Of a stretch of DNA of 64,000 nucleotides, positions 1-14,283 are shown piece after piece (within the stretch, counting starts at the first letter, position 1; the number at the start of each line of letters is the position of its first letter). The stretch is from the NCBI RefSeq assembly GCF_006345805.1, contig NC_042999.1, positions 128,092,001 through 128,156,000 on the forward strand, given 5' to 3'. The position numbers and the translations under genes are program-made. Origin of the DNA: Octopus sinensis (taxonomy: Eukaryota). A model generated the notes under the pieces. It was given only the letters and a program-made list of their open reading frames with translations, searched no databases and was not told where the DNA came from.

Positions 1-40
1 ACAGATACAAAGATGTATGTACATACACACACACATGCAC

Positions 41-157
41 TTTCTGTCTACCAAGTCTATAGTAGAAGACACTTGCCCAAGGTACCATACAGTAGGACTG
101 AACCTGGAACCATGTGGGTGGGAAGCAAGCTTCTTACCACACAGCCATGCCTGTGCC
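41..157 (-). mobile_element. tRNA-derived SINE head (family A: ggcatggctgtgtggtaagaagcttgcttccca..gttcagtcc..ccttgggcaagtgtcttctactatag)
   Basis: Near-identical head recurs at about 8121-8260 (-), 10321-10480 (-), 10540-10700 (+), 22670-22830 (+), 42160-42310 (+), 54895-55050 (+); Pol III A/B-box-like motifs. Confidence 0.75.
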
Positions 158-1209
158 TATGCTGAATTATTCTGTGCATCATAATTAGCACAGAACTGAA
201 TTGTGTCCAGGCATTTTCTTAACTCTAATGTTATAACTAAATTTAAATTGGACTATGCAACAACAGCAACAAAAATAACTAAAAAGAAATAGTTAAAAAA
301 AAGCACCCTTCACTTTTGTGATATACTTTACATCATAAATCAAAAATATTTCTTCCTTGCAATGTTTACTATTTTTCTTCTTTTTTAGAGCAGATATCAA
401 TTAAATGTCTTTATTTAGAGTCTTAGGCATTTATAATGAATTAGAAATGAAATTATAACTCCACAGATAAGAAAGCATTTCAGCTTCTTAAGTTAGATAA
501 CCAAATATCTAACATAGGTTATCAAACCATAGGGGCTGATTATCTTTACACTACTGCTATATACCAGCAGATATTCAGGATCAGCATTCCCCATATCAGT
601 ATCATCAATGGTTGCCTTGAAACAATTATGGGTACTATCTTTTCTTTCTGACTAACATATTTAAAAATTGCAGAACTCTCAGCAAAAGTCTCCTTGACTT
701 CATCATATCAACCCTTTTGTCTGACACCAAACTTGGCAATAACTGTACAGGATGTCTTAACAGTGTAATATATAGGTCACTAGGCAAAGCAATACAATGG
801 GGTCATTTCATAAAAGCCACAGCATACATAAATTGGCATTAAGTCTCTACACTTGTGAGGGACCCCAGTTAACTTTGCAGTGAGTCCTTATACATACATT
901 TATACATGCATACATATATGTATGCATACATTTATACATACATACATACATGCATACATACAACAATAATAATAATCATCATTTTAACATCCCCTGTCCC
1001 TAGCTTATCTGGGTTGGATGGATTATACTGAGGCAGATTTTCTATGGCTGGATACCCTTCTTATTTGCCAACCCTCATCTGTTTCGAAGTAAGGTCCAAT
1101 AACCAGGCCTTTTGTTTTTTTTTTGCAGAATATTGGGAAAAAAATTACATTACCTGTATGACATTGTCACTCATTTACAACTGTTATCCAATGTCAAAAC
1201 CAAAAGAGA

Positions 1210-1256
<47 letters not shown>
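1210..1256 (+). repeat. (CA)n microsatellite
   Basis: Direct inspection; source of the poly-HT ORFs. Confidence 0.97.
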
Positions 1257-1258
<2 letters not shown>

Positions 1259-2289
1259 ACCTTCTCTCTTCCTTTCTCTCCCTTCACCTTCTCTTGCTCT
1301 CTCCCTACATTTACTCTGTGATCCAGACTGTACCTTTATTTCTGATCCTTTTCATACCTTGTCTGCTACGTAAATAGATATAAAACTTTGGTATTCTTCC
1401 TATTTCTTTTCTCCTCCTTTTCTTATCACTTTTTTCTTTTTCTTTGACAAAGAATATAACCTAACATTTTAGATCCTCTTTTATTCTTTCCTTAGCATTA
1501 TTATTGTAATTGTGCATATTCTTTGACTATTACAGTTTCCTTTCATTTCCCTTTTCTACCATGTGTTTACTTGTCTAACTCATATTATTTGTTTGTCTCA
1601 GCTCATTATCTTGCTCATTTTACTTGTGGATAGGTTCATGTGTGTGCGTGTGTGCATGAGGATGTCACTACTCATGAACACTATTTGAGTGAAAATATAT
1701 AGCTTTGCTTATAGTCTCTGTTAAGCAAAAATCTCATAGTGTTGCTTTCAATAATTGAGGACCAGCTTACTTGGAAATCAGGTAAGGATTGGCAACAGGA
1801 AGGCATCTAGTTGTAGTAAACCTGCCTGCGTAAATTTAATCTGCTTCATACTGGCATGGAAAAATGGACATAAAAGTGAATAAATGAACACACACACATG
1901 CATCTGCACGTGAAGGTGAGGGGATGATGTAACTAATCTCAAATTAATGGAGTGATTTGATGATCTTCAATGATCCTCAGTGCTGGATGAAAGGCAGAAT
2001 TTGTTATTTATACAAGAGTTATTGACTGAATATGTAACCAAATATTCATTTGTAAAATGATATTGTATGATAACTTAATAGCTCACAGTAACGTCCAAAG
2101 TAAGAAGGAAATAAACCAAGAGGGAGAAAGGGAGAGAGGCTATTGTTGACAGATAGCACTCCTTTTGTGTTCTTCCTGTGTAATTTGTAAGCACCACCTC
2201 AATAAAGATATGGTGGGTTATGTAGTGTGTAGAATATGATTTATGATAAAGGCTGATAATTAAAGTTTTTGATCATTTATGTGTTTATC

Positions 2290-2695
2290 TATGCATGAGA
2301 GAAATGGAGGGAGAGAGAGAGAAAGCACAGCCTGTGTAATTTAGAGGTAGCATATAGGGAAAGAAGAGAAGGGGGAGAGGGAAATAATGAATGAAAGAGA
2401 GAATGAGAAAATTCTAAGTAAATGTGAATGTGTAATTGTGTATTTAGAAGTGAGTGAATTAGAGAGGGAGCAAGAGAGGAGGAGAGAGAGATAGCAAGAG
2501 AAGGAGATAGAACTAGAAAGAGAGAGAGAGAGAGAGAGCAAAAGAGGAAGAGGGAGGGAGAGAGATAGCAAGAGAGGGAGTGAGATAACAAGAGAGGGAG
2601 AGAGATAGAGATAGCAAGAAAGAGATAGAGAGAGCGAGCAAGAGAAGGACAGAGAAAGAGAGAAAGAAAGAGAGAAAGAGAGTGAGAGAGAATCA
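2290..2695 (+). repeat. AG-rich low-complexity / (AG)n tract
   Basis: Direct inspection; source of the Leu/Ser-rich ORFs on the minus strand. Confidence 0.9.
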
Positions 2696-4080
2696 TAAAG
2701 AATTAATGCATGGTTATGGAAGAGGTGGGCTGGGTGGGTCAGTCATAATGAGTAAAGTGTATGTGAAAATATAAGAGAATTTATGTACAATAGTGTCTCG
2801 CAACCTATTTTTTTACCTCCAGGCACCCGCTATAGCTTTCTAGAAAAATCTTGGCCATATCTGGCCTAAATATTCTACCTGTTTTATGTTCAGACTGACC
2901 AGATCAGGTTTCTCCCACCTACCCTACAATGTAATTCTAAAAATAAACTATCACTTCATTGATATATCAAGGTTATGAGACAGTGCATGATTAATTCAAA
3001 ACAAGATGAATAAATAAGAATTATATTTGACAGAGTAATCTGAATGCTCTAAGATTAAAGAAATATCCACACTAGGGCATTAGAATAGCACTATACTGTA
3101 GCAAACAGTCTTCACAGAGTATGTTTGGCTGGAGGGATTGGAATGGCTAGGCTGAGTATAGGTGTAGTATGTTTGTGGTGTAAAAAAGATTTTCACAATT
3201 CCATGTCCCACAAAAAAAGAAAAAAAAAAGAAAAGAAAACCGAAAAAATTGGATACCACAACCACCACAATTTTCCCAGGCCTCACTGGTGGGGTGTATC
3301 CCATGCTGGGAAACACTGATCTATTACTACTACTACTACTATTACTACTACTACTACTGGCACTCTGTTGGTTATGATGACAGTTGATCCAATCAATGGA
3401 ACAACCTCCCGTGACATTAACGTGCAAGTAGCTGAGGACTCCACAGATATGTGTACCCTTAATGTAGTTCTCAGGGATATTCAGTGTGACATGGAGTGTG
3501 ATAAGGCTGGCCCTTTGAAATACAGGTACTACTCATTTCTGCCAGCTGAGTGGACTGGAGCAACATGAAATAAAGTGTCTTGCTCAAGGTATTGAACTCA
3601 TGACCTTATAATTGTGAGGTAAATACCCTAGCCACTAAACCATGTGCTTTCACGCACTGGTGTAGATTGAAGGAAATGAATGAACGAGAGTCTGTATGTT
3701 GTTGTAGACTAACCCCAATTTGGCTCTGGTTGACCAAATTTATAAGGATCAAAGCCATTGTTACCATGGTCACCCATCTTTTTTCTGGAATTACATTTGT
3801 CTGACTATATTATCTAATATAAGTTAGGTGTAACTTAAGGGATTTGATTGTTAACTTTAGCAAGTCAAGTGAGCTGCTTCATATAGAAGTTTCATTGTTG
3901 TAGTATCAATAATTTTTTTCTATAATTCTTTTATTTGTTTCAGTCATTAGACTACATCCATGTTCTGTCACAAACTTCATATTCTAAAGTCTAGTGCTTA
4001 CTATTATCAAATCTGTTTGTTGAACTGCTAAGTTCCAGAACATAAGCAAAGACAGATAGAGTGACAAACACAATGCAAAT

Positions 4081-4112
<32 letters not shown>

Positions 4113-6929
4113 TATATATATATGTGTGTGTAGGCTTCTGTCTACCAATTTTACTCATAAGGCATTGATTAGCCTGTAGTTTATAAGCACACCATGTCAT
4201 GGGGTTAGCCTCAATATGATCTAATAAATAATCCTTTCTGATTTTGGCACTAGGCCAGCATTTTTGAGGGGAGGAGAAAGTTGATTATGTGAACCCTGGT
4301 GCTCAACTGGTACTTTAATTTGACCCTGAAAGGATGAAAGATAGATTTAACTTCGGTAGAATTTGAACTCAGAATGTAATGAGTCAGGGAGAAATACTGC
4401 TAAGCAACTTGCTTATGAATCTGTCAGCTCGTCACCTTTATGATCTAATAAATAATGTTGGATGTGTACATGGTGTGTTGTTTTTATTTATTTAGGTCAG
4501 TGTTCCAGTTCTCTAAATACTCCATCTACAATTGTATTTATATCCACCCTTATAAATAATTGTTCCAATTGTTTCATTCATATAGTTTTTACCAATGAGG
4601 GAGCCTTTATGTAGAAACTCATATTGCTAGAAAAAATAACTAAATCTTCCTAAATCACACATACTACTATTTAAAGGTATACATTGAACAATGTAATCCC
4701 AAATAGTTGAGATAGTAATGATTGAAACAATTTTAAACACATATCTAGTCAGACAGGTTGACTGACCTGCATCAAAAACTTATAAGCTTTATTGTCTACC
4801 GTTGACTCTAGTGAAGATAAGATACTGTTAAAGAAAGGTTAAAAAAAAATAATACTCCACATTACAGCCACAAACTTGTGTGTTAATTTCAAAAGGGTAA
4901 GAGATTAGCATTAGTTGATATGAAGTCTGATATATTTCATGTGTAGCTGGTACTTATAGCTCATTACTGTCATTGAAATCAAATTTTGACACATTTGTTT
5001 AAAACTCAGTAAGACCAAGGAGTGATATGTAGTATTGTGTAACAAAAGGTTAGCTCCAAACCAGTATATTCCAGTTATAGTGTGACCTAATAACAGTAAT
5101 TGCAAGAACACATTAAAATCCATAGCAATATGTAAGTAGTTAATGTGCTTTTGTCAATTTTTCTGTTATGATCACGAGGTCAAGAAGTTTACTTTGAAAC
5201 CACATGGTTCTGGGTTTGATTCCTCTGGATGGCACCTTAGGCAAGCAACAACTAGTCCCTTAACTCTTTGAGAATCATTGGGACGATGCAGCATATCTAG
5301 AGCAAGAAAGCCTGGTGGAGCCCATTCCTCTCCAGGTTAAACTCATTTCTACAGCTGAGTGAGCTGGAGCAACATGAAATGAAGTGTTTTGCTCAAGAAC
5401 ACAACATACAGCCCAGTCCGGGGATCAAAACCACAATTTTATGATCAAGAATCCAATTCCCTAACCTCTAAGTAATGTACCTCCACTAGTAGTACTCATT
5501 TCTACAGTTGAGTGGACTAGAGCAATGTAAAGTGAAGTGTTAATGCATTGCCCAGTCCAGGAATCGAAACCACAATCTTATGATAATGAGTTCAAGACCT
5601 TATCCATTAAGCCATACACTTAGGCAAGTATCTTCTACTGAAGCTTCAGGTCAGCCCAAGCTTTGTGAGTGAAATTGGGTAGATGTAAACTTTGTGGAAG
5701 GGCATTGTATGAACTGTATCTTTGGTAAACCTAAGCCATTAGCTGGTTTAATATTGTCACATGGTTCTTGACTATCTTTAACAAAGTCCATATTGTTTTA
5801 AGTATTCTGGCTAGGTTTCTGGTTTCTCCTTCCTTTTCCCTAACCAGTCTCAGAAGACTTGCAATAAAGTCATGGGTTCTGCCTTTCTTCTGATGACTAA
5901 ACTTAAAAAAGAAAAAAAAATAGTTATCATGGCTGAAAAGAAGAAATCTGCCTCTCACTCACGATGTTGCAGGTTTGATTTGATCTTTCTACCTTGGACA
6001 CTTGACTTTTATAATGATCTTGAGTTTACCTAAGCCTTGCAAGTTAAACTGGGTAAATATAAACTGTGTGAAAATCTCTCATATGGACTGACTGTAACTC
6101 AAAGTGCCCTGTTTTGTCACATTGATACTGTTTGAGAATTACACTAAGAATACTGATGTATTTGGAGTACTCAATCAGTCTCATTACAATACAGTATGGA
6201 TAGATAGTACAGTTGATCAATCAACTGAAATACTTATTGTCAAAACTGGTTGAAGATTAAATGATTACAATAAAGAAGTAATCTCCCTTACAGCACTTTG
6301 ATTGATCTGTTCACAAACTCTTTACTCATCATTCCTCATTTAATGTCCACTTCTTGTTTGCTTGGATCAGACAAAATTTGTGGAAGCAGATTTTCTATGG
6401 CTGGATGCCCTTCCTGTTGCCAACCCTCACCTGTCTCCAAGCAAGATAGTATTTCCCCGTAGCTAGATATGTTTTTCACAAAAGACTGGAAATGAACAAC
6501 CATGCCTTTATGATGGTGGAGCTCATTTACAGCCATCATGTGATGTGCAGACAAAAGTACAAACAAATACACATACACAAACACACAAGTTTCTTTCACT
6601 TTTTGCCTACCAAATCCTCTTACAGGGCTTTAGTTGGCCTGGGGCTATAATAGAATGCCCTGGATACTGTGTAGTGGGATTGAATCCAAAACCTCATGGT
6701 TGGGAAGCAAGCTTCGTATTCTGGTGATCATATTGCTTTTAGCTAAGTATAGATTTTACTGTTACTAGTGAAATTAGTGTCACACTGTCTTTGGATTTGT
6801 GGGGTTTTTTGCAGTAGTAATTGCTCATGAATGTGATCTAGACAATTTTGTCTGCTTTTATCCTGCAGTTAAAATTTTTAGTCTGAATTGTCTCAATGCT
6901 TAGCCAAATATTATTATAACTCTAGTTTA

Positions 6930-7175
6930 TTATTCATTGTAAGCTGATAATAGTGATCTTAAGCTTCATTCAGAACAAGATATGCAGAAAACAATGAACC
7001 TCTGAACCTCTTTTGCCCCTATACCTGTACAAATTTGGGACTTAAAATAAACCTGAAGAAAACTAAAGGTGATGTTTTCATCGATTTCAAGAGAGTCATA
7101 TATAAAACCAAATGCTTCAGTCCAAGAGACCAGACTTGATGAAGTGAATTCTTTTATGTATCTAGGTAGCAATGC
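6930..7175 (+). pseudogene. Decayed non-LTR (RTE-like) reverse transcriptase fragment
   Basis: Frameshifted pieces NLGLKINLKKTK (7032-7067) and RLDEVNSFMYLGS (7132-7170), typical LINE RT post-YADD motifs. Confidence 0.7.
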
Positions 7176-7400
7176 ACAAGAGTGGAGCCACTGTCTATGA
7201 AATTCTTGAGTAAGTTTTGTGCTACGCTTGTCACAAAAAATTTAAAACAAAAATTTTGTGCTACGTTTGTCACAAATTTAAAACAAAATCAGTCCTAGAT
7301 AATCATCTGAGGGTTCATGGTAGAAAAGTTACAAAACCTGTTACAGGTATATGTCATCAATTAGAAGGTGTTTTGGCTTGAAATCAAGTTGACAACCATA

Positions 7401-7539
7401 TACATACATACATACATACATACATACATACATACATACATACATACATACATACATACATACATACATACATACATACATACATACATACATACATACA
7501 TACATACATGCATGCATGCATGCATGCATGCATGCATGC
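7401..7539 (+). repeat. Compound tetranucleotide microsatellite (TACA)n(TGCA)n
   Basis: Direct inspection. Confidence 0.97.
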
Positions 7540-7593
7540 TAACATTGATGCATACATACATAATATGCATGCTTCTATGTATGTTTATATATA

Positions 7594-7800
7594 TTCTTTT
7601 ATTCTTTTACTTGTTTCAGTCATTTGACTGTGGCCATGCTGGAACACCGCCTTTAGTCAAACAAATTGACCCCAGGACTTATTCTTTGTAAGCCTAGTAC
7701 TTATTCTATCAGTCGCTTTTTCCAAACCACTAAGTTACGGGGACGTAAACGCACCAACATTGGTTGTCAAGCGATTATGTGGGTGGGGGAGAAACACAGG
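7594..7800. mobile_element. SINE family B (cttgtttcagtcatttgactg..ggccatgctggagcaccgcc..ttattctttgtaagcctagtacttattc)
   Basis: Same ~200-bp sequence at about 27690-27880 and 10040-10230, reversed at 16020-16190, 24270-24455 and 42660-42820. Confidence 0.75.
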
Positions 7801-7824
7801 CACACACACACACATACATACATA

Positions 7825-8070
7825 TTGGGTTGGTGCATAATTATCGCGACTTTTTTCAACAAATTTTATTCAGCAAAAACAATAACAATATTTAACAAAA
7901 ACATCATTAAATGATGGTCTGACCGTCTGCCAAGCAAATGGGAAGCAGTAATTGAGGTAGATGGTGAATATGCTCTGGAATAATCATTTAAAGATGTTTT
8001 TATTACATGTTGTTATTGTTTTTGTTGAATAAAATTTGTTGAGAAAAAGCTGCAATAATTATGCACCAAC

Positions 8071-8074
<4 letters not shown>
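7825..8074 (+). mobile_element. Mariner-derived MITE (internally deleted), TA TSD
   Basis: TA|ttgggttggtgcataattat...ataattatgcaccaacccaa|TA; inverted repeats extend about 70 bp; internal ..DRLPSKWEAVIEVDGEYALE* resembles a mariner transposase C-terminus; TIR resembles Hsmar1/MADE1. Confidence 0.88.
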
Positions 8075-8118
<44 letters not shown>

Positions 8119-8354
8119 ATATACACACGACGGGCTTCTTTCAGTTTCTGTCAACCAAATCCATTCACAAAGCTTTGGTTGGCTCTAGGCTATAGTAAAA
8201 GACACTTGTCCAAGGTGCCATGCAGTGGGCCTGAACCCAGAATCATATGGTTGGGAAGCAATGAATATGCATGGCTGTATATATTTATATGCATATATGT
8301 ATGTGTGTGTGTGTGTGTGTATGTACATGCATGCATGGAAATATATATCTATAT

Positions 8355-9420
8355 ATCATCATCATCAAATTCTCACTTTCCATGCTTGCATGGGTTAGAT
8401 GGTTTGACCGGAACTGGTAAACTGGAGAGCTGCACCAGGTTCCAATTTGAGTTGAGCTTAGTTTCTATATCGGCTGCCGTTCCTAACACCAACCACTCTG
8501 AGAATGTAGTGGGTGTCTCTTAAGTGTCACCAGCATGGGTGCTTTTATGTCACCAACATGGGTGCTGTTGCATGTCACTAGCACCAGCCACAACTATGAA
8601 TTCACTTGGCTTGATGAGTCTTCGCAAGTACAGCATGTTGCCAAAGGTCACAATCACTTGTCATCACCTCTGTGAGACTCTACATTCAAAGATAATGCTT
8701 CACCACCAAGCCCCATATCTTCCTATCTGCTTCTTCCACAGGTTCCCTCCACATTTACAGACTAGCACTTTTTTACACAGCTGTTTTCATCCATATGCAT
8801 CATATGACCATACCAATGCAGTTGTGTCTCTTGCACACCACATCTGATGCCTCTTATGCTTAATTTTTGTCTGAAGACACACTCTATTGTACATGCACAC
8901 TGACATTGCACATCCAGCAGAGCAGACTAGATTCATTTCTTTCAAGCTTTTGCAGGTCCTCTGGAGTCATAGCCCATGTTTCACTGCTGTGTAGCATGGT
9001 TCTTCACACACAGGCATCATACAATCTGCCTTTCACTCTGAGGTAGAGGCCCTTTGTTGCCAACAAACCAGGACTGCCATGTTATGTTGGCAAATTTACT
9101 CCAAAGTACTGTTGCTGAATATCTCTCACTGTGAGATTTACAAATAGTAATTTTCTAAAAGGTAGAAGCTCTCTGAATTTTGCCCAGCCTATTCTTATTT
9201 TAGCAGGCTACTCTCTTGGAGCATCCACCTCCACTGCTCTCTTGATCAATCTAGGCAACGAAAGCTATCAACTACTTCTAGGTATCCCTCTCCCCCTGGC
9301 CTTTGATGGAGTCTAATGGAGTCTATTTTCTAAATATTTCTAGTGTTTATTGTACCTGTGCATCTCCCACACACAAAGACTATTTTCTCTGTTAATCTTC
9401 CTTTGATATTGCTACACCAC
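8355..9420 (-). mobile_element. Decayed RTE-clade LINE 3' fragment
   Basis: Collinear, degenerate copy of 48150-49480 (ggtagaagctctctgaattttgcccagcctattctt vs ggtaagagctctctgaactttgcccaagctattctt); (GAT)n tail at 8355. Confidence 0.75.
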
Positions 9421-9486
9421 CTCTTATATATATATATATATAAGTCAGTAAATGGTGGGGTTGTGTTAACTGCACGTGGAGAAATG

Positions 9487-9653
9487 ATAGGAGAGGAAAA
9501 ATTATAATAAAGCAGAATGCTAAATTGAAAGTAAATTTTAATAAAAATGGGTGTATTAAAAATTTTAAATAAAATTTTTTCTTTTTTAATTTTTCATACA
9601 CCCATTTTTATTAAAATTTACTTTCTGCCTTATTATATTTTTTCCTCTCCTAT
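9487..9653. repeat. AT-rich fold-back inverted repeat
   Basis: ataggagaggaaaaa..taataaaaatgggtgtat (9487-9564) is the reverse complement of 9588-9653, apart from one short indel. Confidence 0.8.
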
Positions 9654-10260
9654 ATATATTTGCATGTGTGTAGTTGTGTGTGTTTCCATATATGCTATCA
9701 TATTTAAGAGGTTGTAAATTTGGAAACAGTTTCCAATTCTGGTCGATTGCAGATAATTCTGTATTTAGAATCTTTTATTTTTGGTTTCATAATTATTGTT
9801 GATGTTCTTATTTAGTCCCAAGGCAGTTCTGATAGGCAAGTCTATGTTTAAAAATATTCCAGCTGTGATAATCTAATTCTTCTTACGTCAGAGTCTACAT
9901 TTTATTGTCTAAATATATCTAGCATTATTCAAATCAGTAGAGTTTGACTTTGGGGATCACTCTTGAAGAATATTAAGTTATTGATAGGCAAATAGTGCTT
10001 TTTGTTTCATTGCTTATAATGTACTATAAAATATCTTTTATTGTTGACGTGGTTCAGTCATTGGACTGTGGTTATGCTGGGGTTCTGCCTTGAAGGCTTT
10101 TAGTCAAATGAATCAACTCTGGTACTTATTATATATAAGCCCAGTTATTATTCTGTTGATCTCTTATGCTGAACTGCTAAGTTACAGTGATGTAAACAAT
10201 AATAATTGTTGAGTGGTGCTGGGGGACAAATGCAAGCACAAAGGCACACACACACGCACG

Positions 10261-10306
<46 letters not shown>

Positions 10307-13024
10307 ACACACACACACACAATGGTTTCTGTTCAGACTCTGACTACCAAATCCACTCACAAGGCCTTTGTTGACCTGCGGTTATCGTTGAAGACATTTG
10401 CCCAAGGTGTCACACTGTAGGATTGAACCTGAAACCATGTGGTTGGAAAGCAGGCCTCTTACTGCACAGCCATGCTTGCACCTACTATATCTATAGGTTT
10501 TAAGCCAATACTCTATGCTATGATGAATGTAAACATAATGTTGGCTGAGTGGTTAAGGAGTTGATTTTGCAACTACGTGGTCTTGGATTCAATCTCTCTG
10601 CACTCTACCTTGGGCAAGTGTTTTCTACTGTAGCCTTAGGCTGGCCAATGCCATGCAAGTGAATTTGGGAGATGGAAATGGAAAGAAGCTTGTTGGGATG
10701 TAAACAAACCAACACCGGTTGTCAAGTGGTACCAAGTACAATGACATACACATACAGACATTATATATATATATTTACACACACACATATATGGGTTGGC
10801 CTGGGATTATAGTAGAACTCACTTGCCCAAGTGAACTGAACCTAGAACAATGTTGTTGAGAAGCAAACTTCTTACTACACAGCCATGCCTACCCCTATTA
10901 GTGACCAAAGTAAATTGAATAGGCCAAATTGCATACTTAACTCTTTCTTGGCAGCTAGTTTCAGTATTAAATTATTCGTACCCCAACAGTGTTTTGTTTC
11001 ATTGTTATAATGAACAATAGAACATATCTATAGATTTTAACCAATAAATGTTGTTTTACAACAAACTGTTTGTATTAATGAATTGCTGTTATTCTCATAA
11101 ACACTCTCTTTTCACTGTGCTCTGTCTCTGTGTTTATTTTCATGTTTATCATTCATTCTCCTTTTTCTCTGCTATTCAAAAGAGAGAGAGGTACACTGGT
11201 TTTGGTTTGTGTTTATAAATACGTATACTCACTACAGTAGAATTTTATTTTTGTATGTATGTAAGACTGTATATGTGTCTGTGTAGATACTTATGTATGT
11301 ATATATTGGATATTTGTATATGTGTGTTGAAAGAGAGAGAATGGTGAAATACCACTCTTTTAGATAATTGCTAGGCTAATGGTGGGTGATTGTGCATATT
11401 TAATTAGGTTGGACCTATGTTGTTTAATTTGGGGGAGAATCTGACTATATAGGTTAAATGTTTGATATCACAGAACCTGTATGTTTATAGAGGCCATTTG
11501 TTGACTTAATCATTAGAAATAACTCGGAGAATTTTGTTTGTTGTATTTAAGTCCATACTTGTAGTAATTTTGTTTGTAGGTTATTTAGTATAGTTATTAG
11601 GTACTGTTCTGATGTCTTATTTAAATTTGTTATCCATTTAGGTGTGAGAATCCTAGTGTTGGTGACAATATGATGATGTAATTAACATGTTAGTTAAACA
11701 GCACATGATGGACCACTTCCTTTGTCTCCCACATTTTCAGTATCATTCCTTACCACCCTATTTTACACTGAATATTTCTATCCCCTTTCACCTCTACTTT
11801 TCCCCTGTACACATTCTCATTCTGCTAATGGTAGCCTTATTACCTCTGTTCATCTTCCACTATTTCCACTCCTATGTACCTCTGACCTTGTCCCTTGCAC
11901 TGTGCATCTCTCATACACTACCCACATTTTATATCTGCTGCCTTCTGTTGCCCTCCCCTCCCCCTCATATCTAACTGATGTTCACCATTGACCTGCTTCC
12001 ATCCCTGTTCACCATTCACTGCATTCACCATCTCTATCCATCTGCCACTTTCACCCTCATGCAAACTTACTACTCATTCATCCTCTCCAGTTCCTAGGGC
12101 TACTTTTCGTATATTCACCTTCTTGTAACTTGAGGGTACACCTCTTCACAACCATCTATACTCTACTACAAAACATCTGTTTCTTTCCCTGTAACCTCTC
12201 GTCGCCCGACATAAAGCCACCTCTCTCAGTACTACCCCTCCCTCAGTTGAGGTGCCTAGGTTTGCGAGTTGCTTAGTGACCTCACTAGAGCTGATGCCAC
12301 ACAAAGAGCACCCAGTATACTCTGCAAAGTGGTTGGTGTTAAGAAGGACATATACCTGTAGAAACTATGTCAAAGCAGACACTGGAATTTGGCGGTGTCC
12401 TCTGGATTGCTGGCTCCTGTCAAACCATCCAATCCATGCCAGCGTAGAAAATGAATTAACAATGATGGTAATTATGAAAAGACACTAAAGAACTATATTG
12501 AACAGTGCAATATATGTAAACTTGAATATTGTTTTATTAAGTAAATGCAAAACAATGGTGGTTTACGACAAATGATGGTGTAACATGTTTAGAAATTGTG
12601 CAGAAAATATGAATATGTGGACATCATCACCATTACTATCATTGTGGTTGTTTAACATCTGCTTTCCATGCTGGTGTGGGTTGGATGATTTGACATGGAG
12701 CTGGCCAGCCTCCCATTGTCTGTTGTGGCATGATTTCTATGACTGGAGGCTGGAGGCCCTTCCTAACACTAACCATCTAACAGAGTGTACTGGGTACATT
12801 TTATGTGCCTCTGGCATGGGTGTATTTACACAGCACCAGCACAGAACTTTTTTTATGTAGCACTGGCACCTGAAAGGATAGGCCTGTATGTGGAACATAA
12901 TACTAAATTATACTAAGTGGTTTAAACTAGATATTAATTCTTGTTTGTAGTCAGAAAATGTTTATATTATTTAATCTGTGTATCAGCAACAAGAAAATTG
13001 TAGGGAGAAAGAGAATTTTGGAAA

Positions 13025-13500
13025 TCATCATCATCATCACCTTCATTTAATGTCTGTTTTCCATGCTGGCATGGCTTGGATGGCTTGATAGGAACTGGTA
13101 AGGCCTGGGGCAGCACTAGGTTTCATATCTGTTTTGGCTTAGTTTCTATGGCTGGGTGCCCTTCCTAATGCTAATGCTTTTTATGTGGAACCAGCACCCA
13201 CACCAATGCTTTTTACATGACACTTAACCTTGCTTTTAGGATCTCAATTCTGCTGTGGTGGTTGGATCTTCTCAAGTACTGCAATGTACCACATACCTTG
13301 GTCCTTTGTCATCTCCTTCATAAAGTTCATCATTTTGAAATCAGCCTTCAGACTTTGTCCCATGTCTTCCTGGGTCTCTCTCTTCTACAACTTCCCTCTT
13401 CCTTAAGTGATCAGCACTACTTTATGCAACTGTCCTCATCCATCCTCAAATATTTTTCATATAGGCACAAGTTCACAATCTATAATCTAGGGCAATCACG
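13025..13500 (-). mobile_element. Decayed RTE LINE 3' end
   Basis: Minus strand reads MDEDSCIK..GSCRRERPRKTWDKV (compare 48769-49233 ORF), followed by the shared 3' UTR and a (GAT)n tail. Confidence 0.65.
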
Positions 13501-14215
13501 GACAAACAAGCTATGGCCTGCAGGAACACCTAGTGAAAAATTACCTTGAATTTCTTTAGTAATGTGGCGCACCTGACAATGAGCTCTGTTGTATGGACCA
13601 CTTCTTTAAAAAGGCTGCCCTGCCTGATCCAAGAGATACCTGTGTGTGATTTAGTTCTGCTTAGAGGAGCTGTTGCGTACCAATTTCTTCATGATCTTGA
13701 CAGTGAAATACTTTGGTCTAAAAGCAAGAAGTCTAAGATAATTGATGGTAGTAGACTGTTTATGGCCACCTTCTACTTGTTTTGCTGGCCTTTGCAGTTC
13801 ACCTTAACCCTGATTGCAACAGGAAAAGATATTTTTAGTGTTTTGCTGGGAGGCAACTTTTGTCTCCTGCAGCTAAGGAGTGATTTGATCTCCTATTGCA
13901 TATTGACTACAAGGTCCCCATCTGTACTCAAGAGAAAGGAATTATTTTATCACTGTAAAACTTTTCTGACACTTCATTGTTTAACAATACTATGTCATCT
14001 TTTATAGCATGGTTCCTGCCATCGCAAGCATTTGAACTTGCTTTGAACTTAATGGGTTGTTTATTTCTCCTTCACTTTTTCCATTGTGGATATGTATGTA
14101 ATGTGTGTGTGTATTTATGTATCTGTCACTTTGTATGTAAATATGCAAGGTATGCATATGTAGACATGTGAATGTAGACATGTATGCATGTATATGTATG
14201 CATATATGCTTGTCC

Positions 14216-14217
<2 letters not shown>

Positions 14218-14281
<64 letters not shown>
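14218..14281 (+). repeat. (TG)n(TATG)n compound microsatellite
   Basis: Direct inspection. Confidence 0.95.

Positions 14282-14283
<2 letters not shown>

Noticed and set aside
3368-3568. 66-aa ORF MVMMTVDPING..
   Set aside because: It lies within a SINE (family D tail, minus strand) whose sequence recurs elsewhere in the window.
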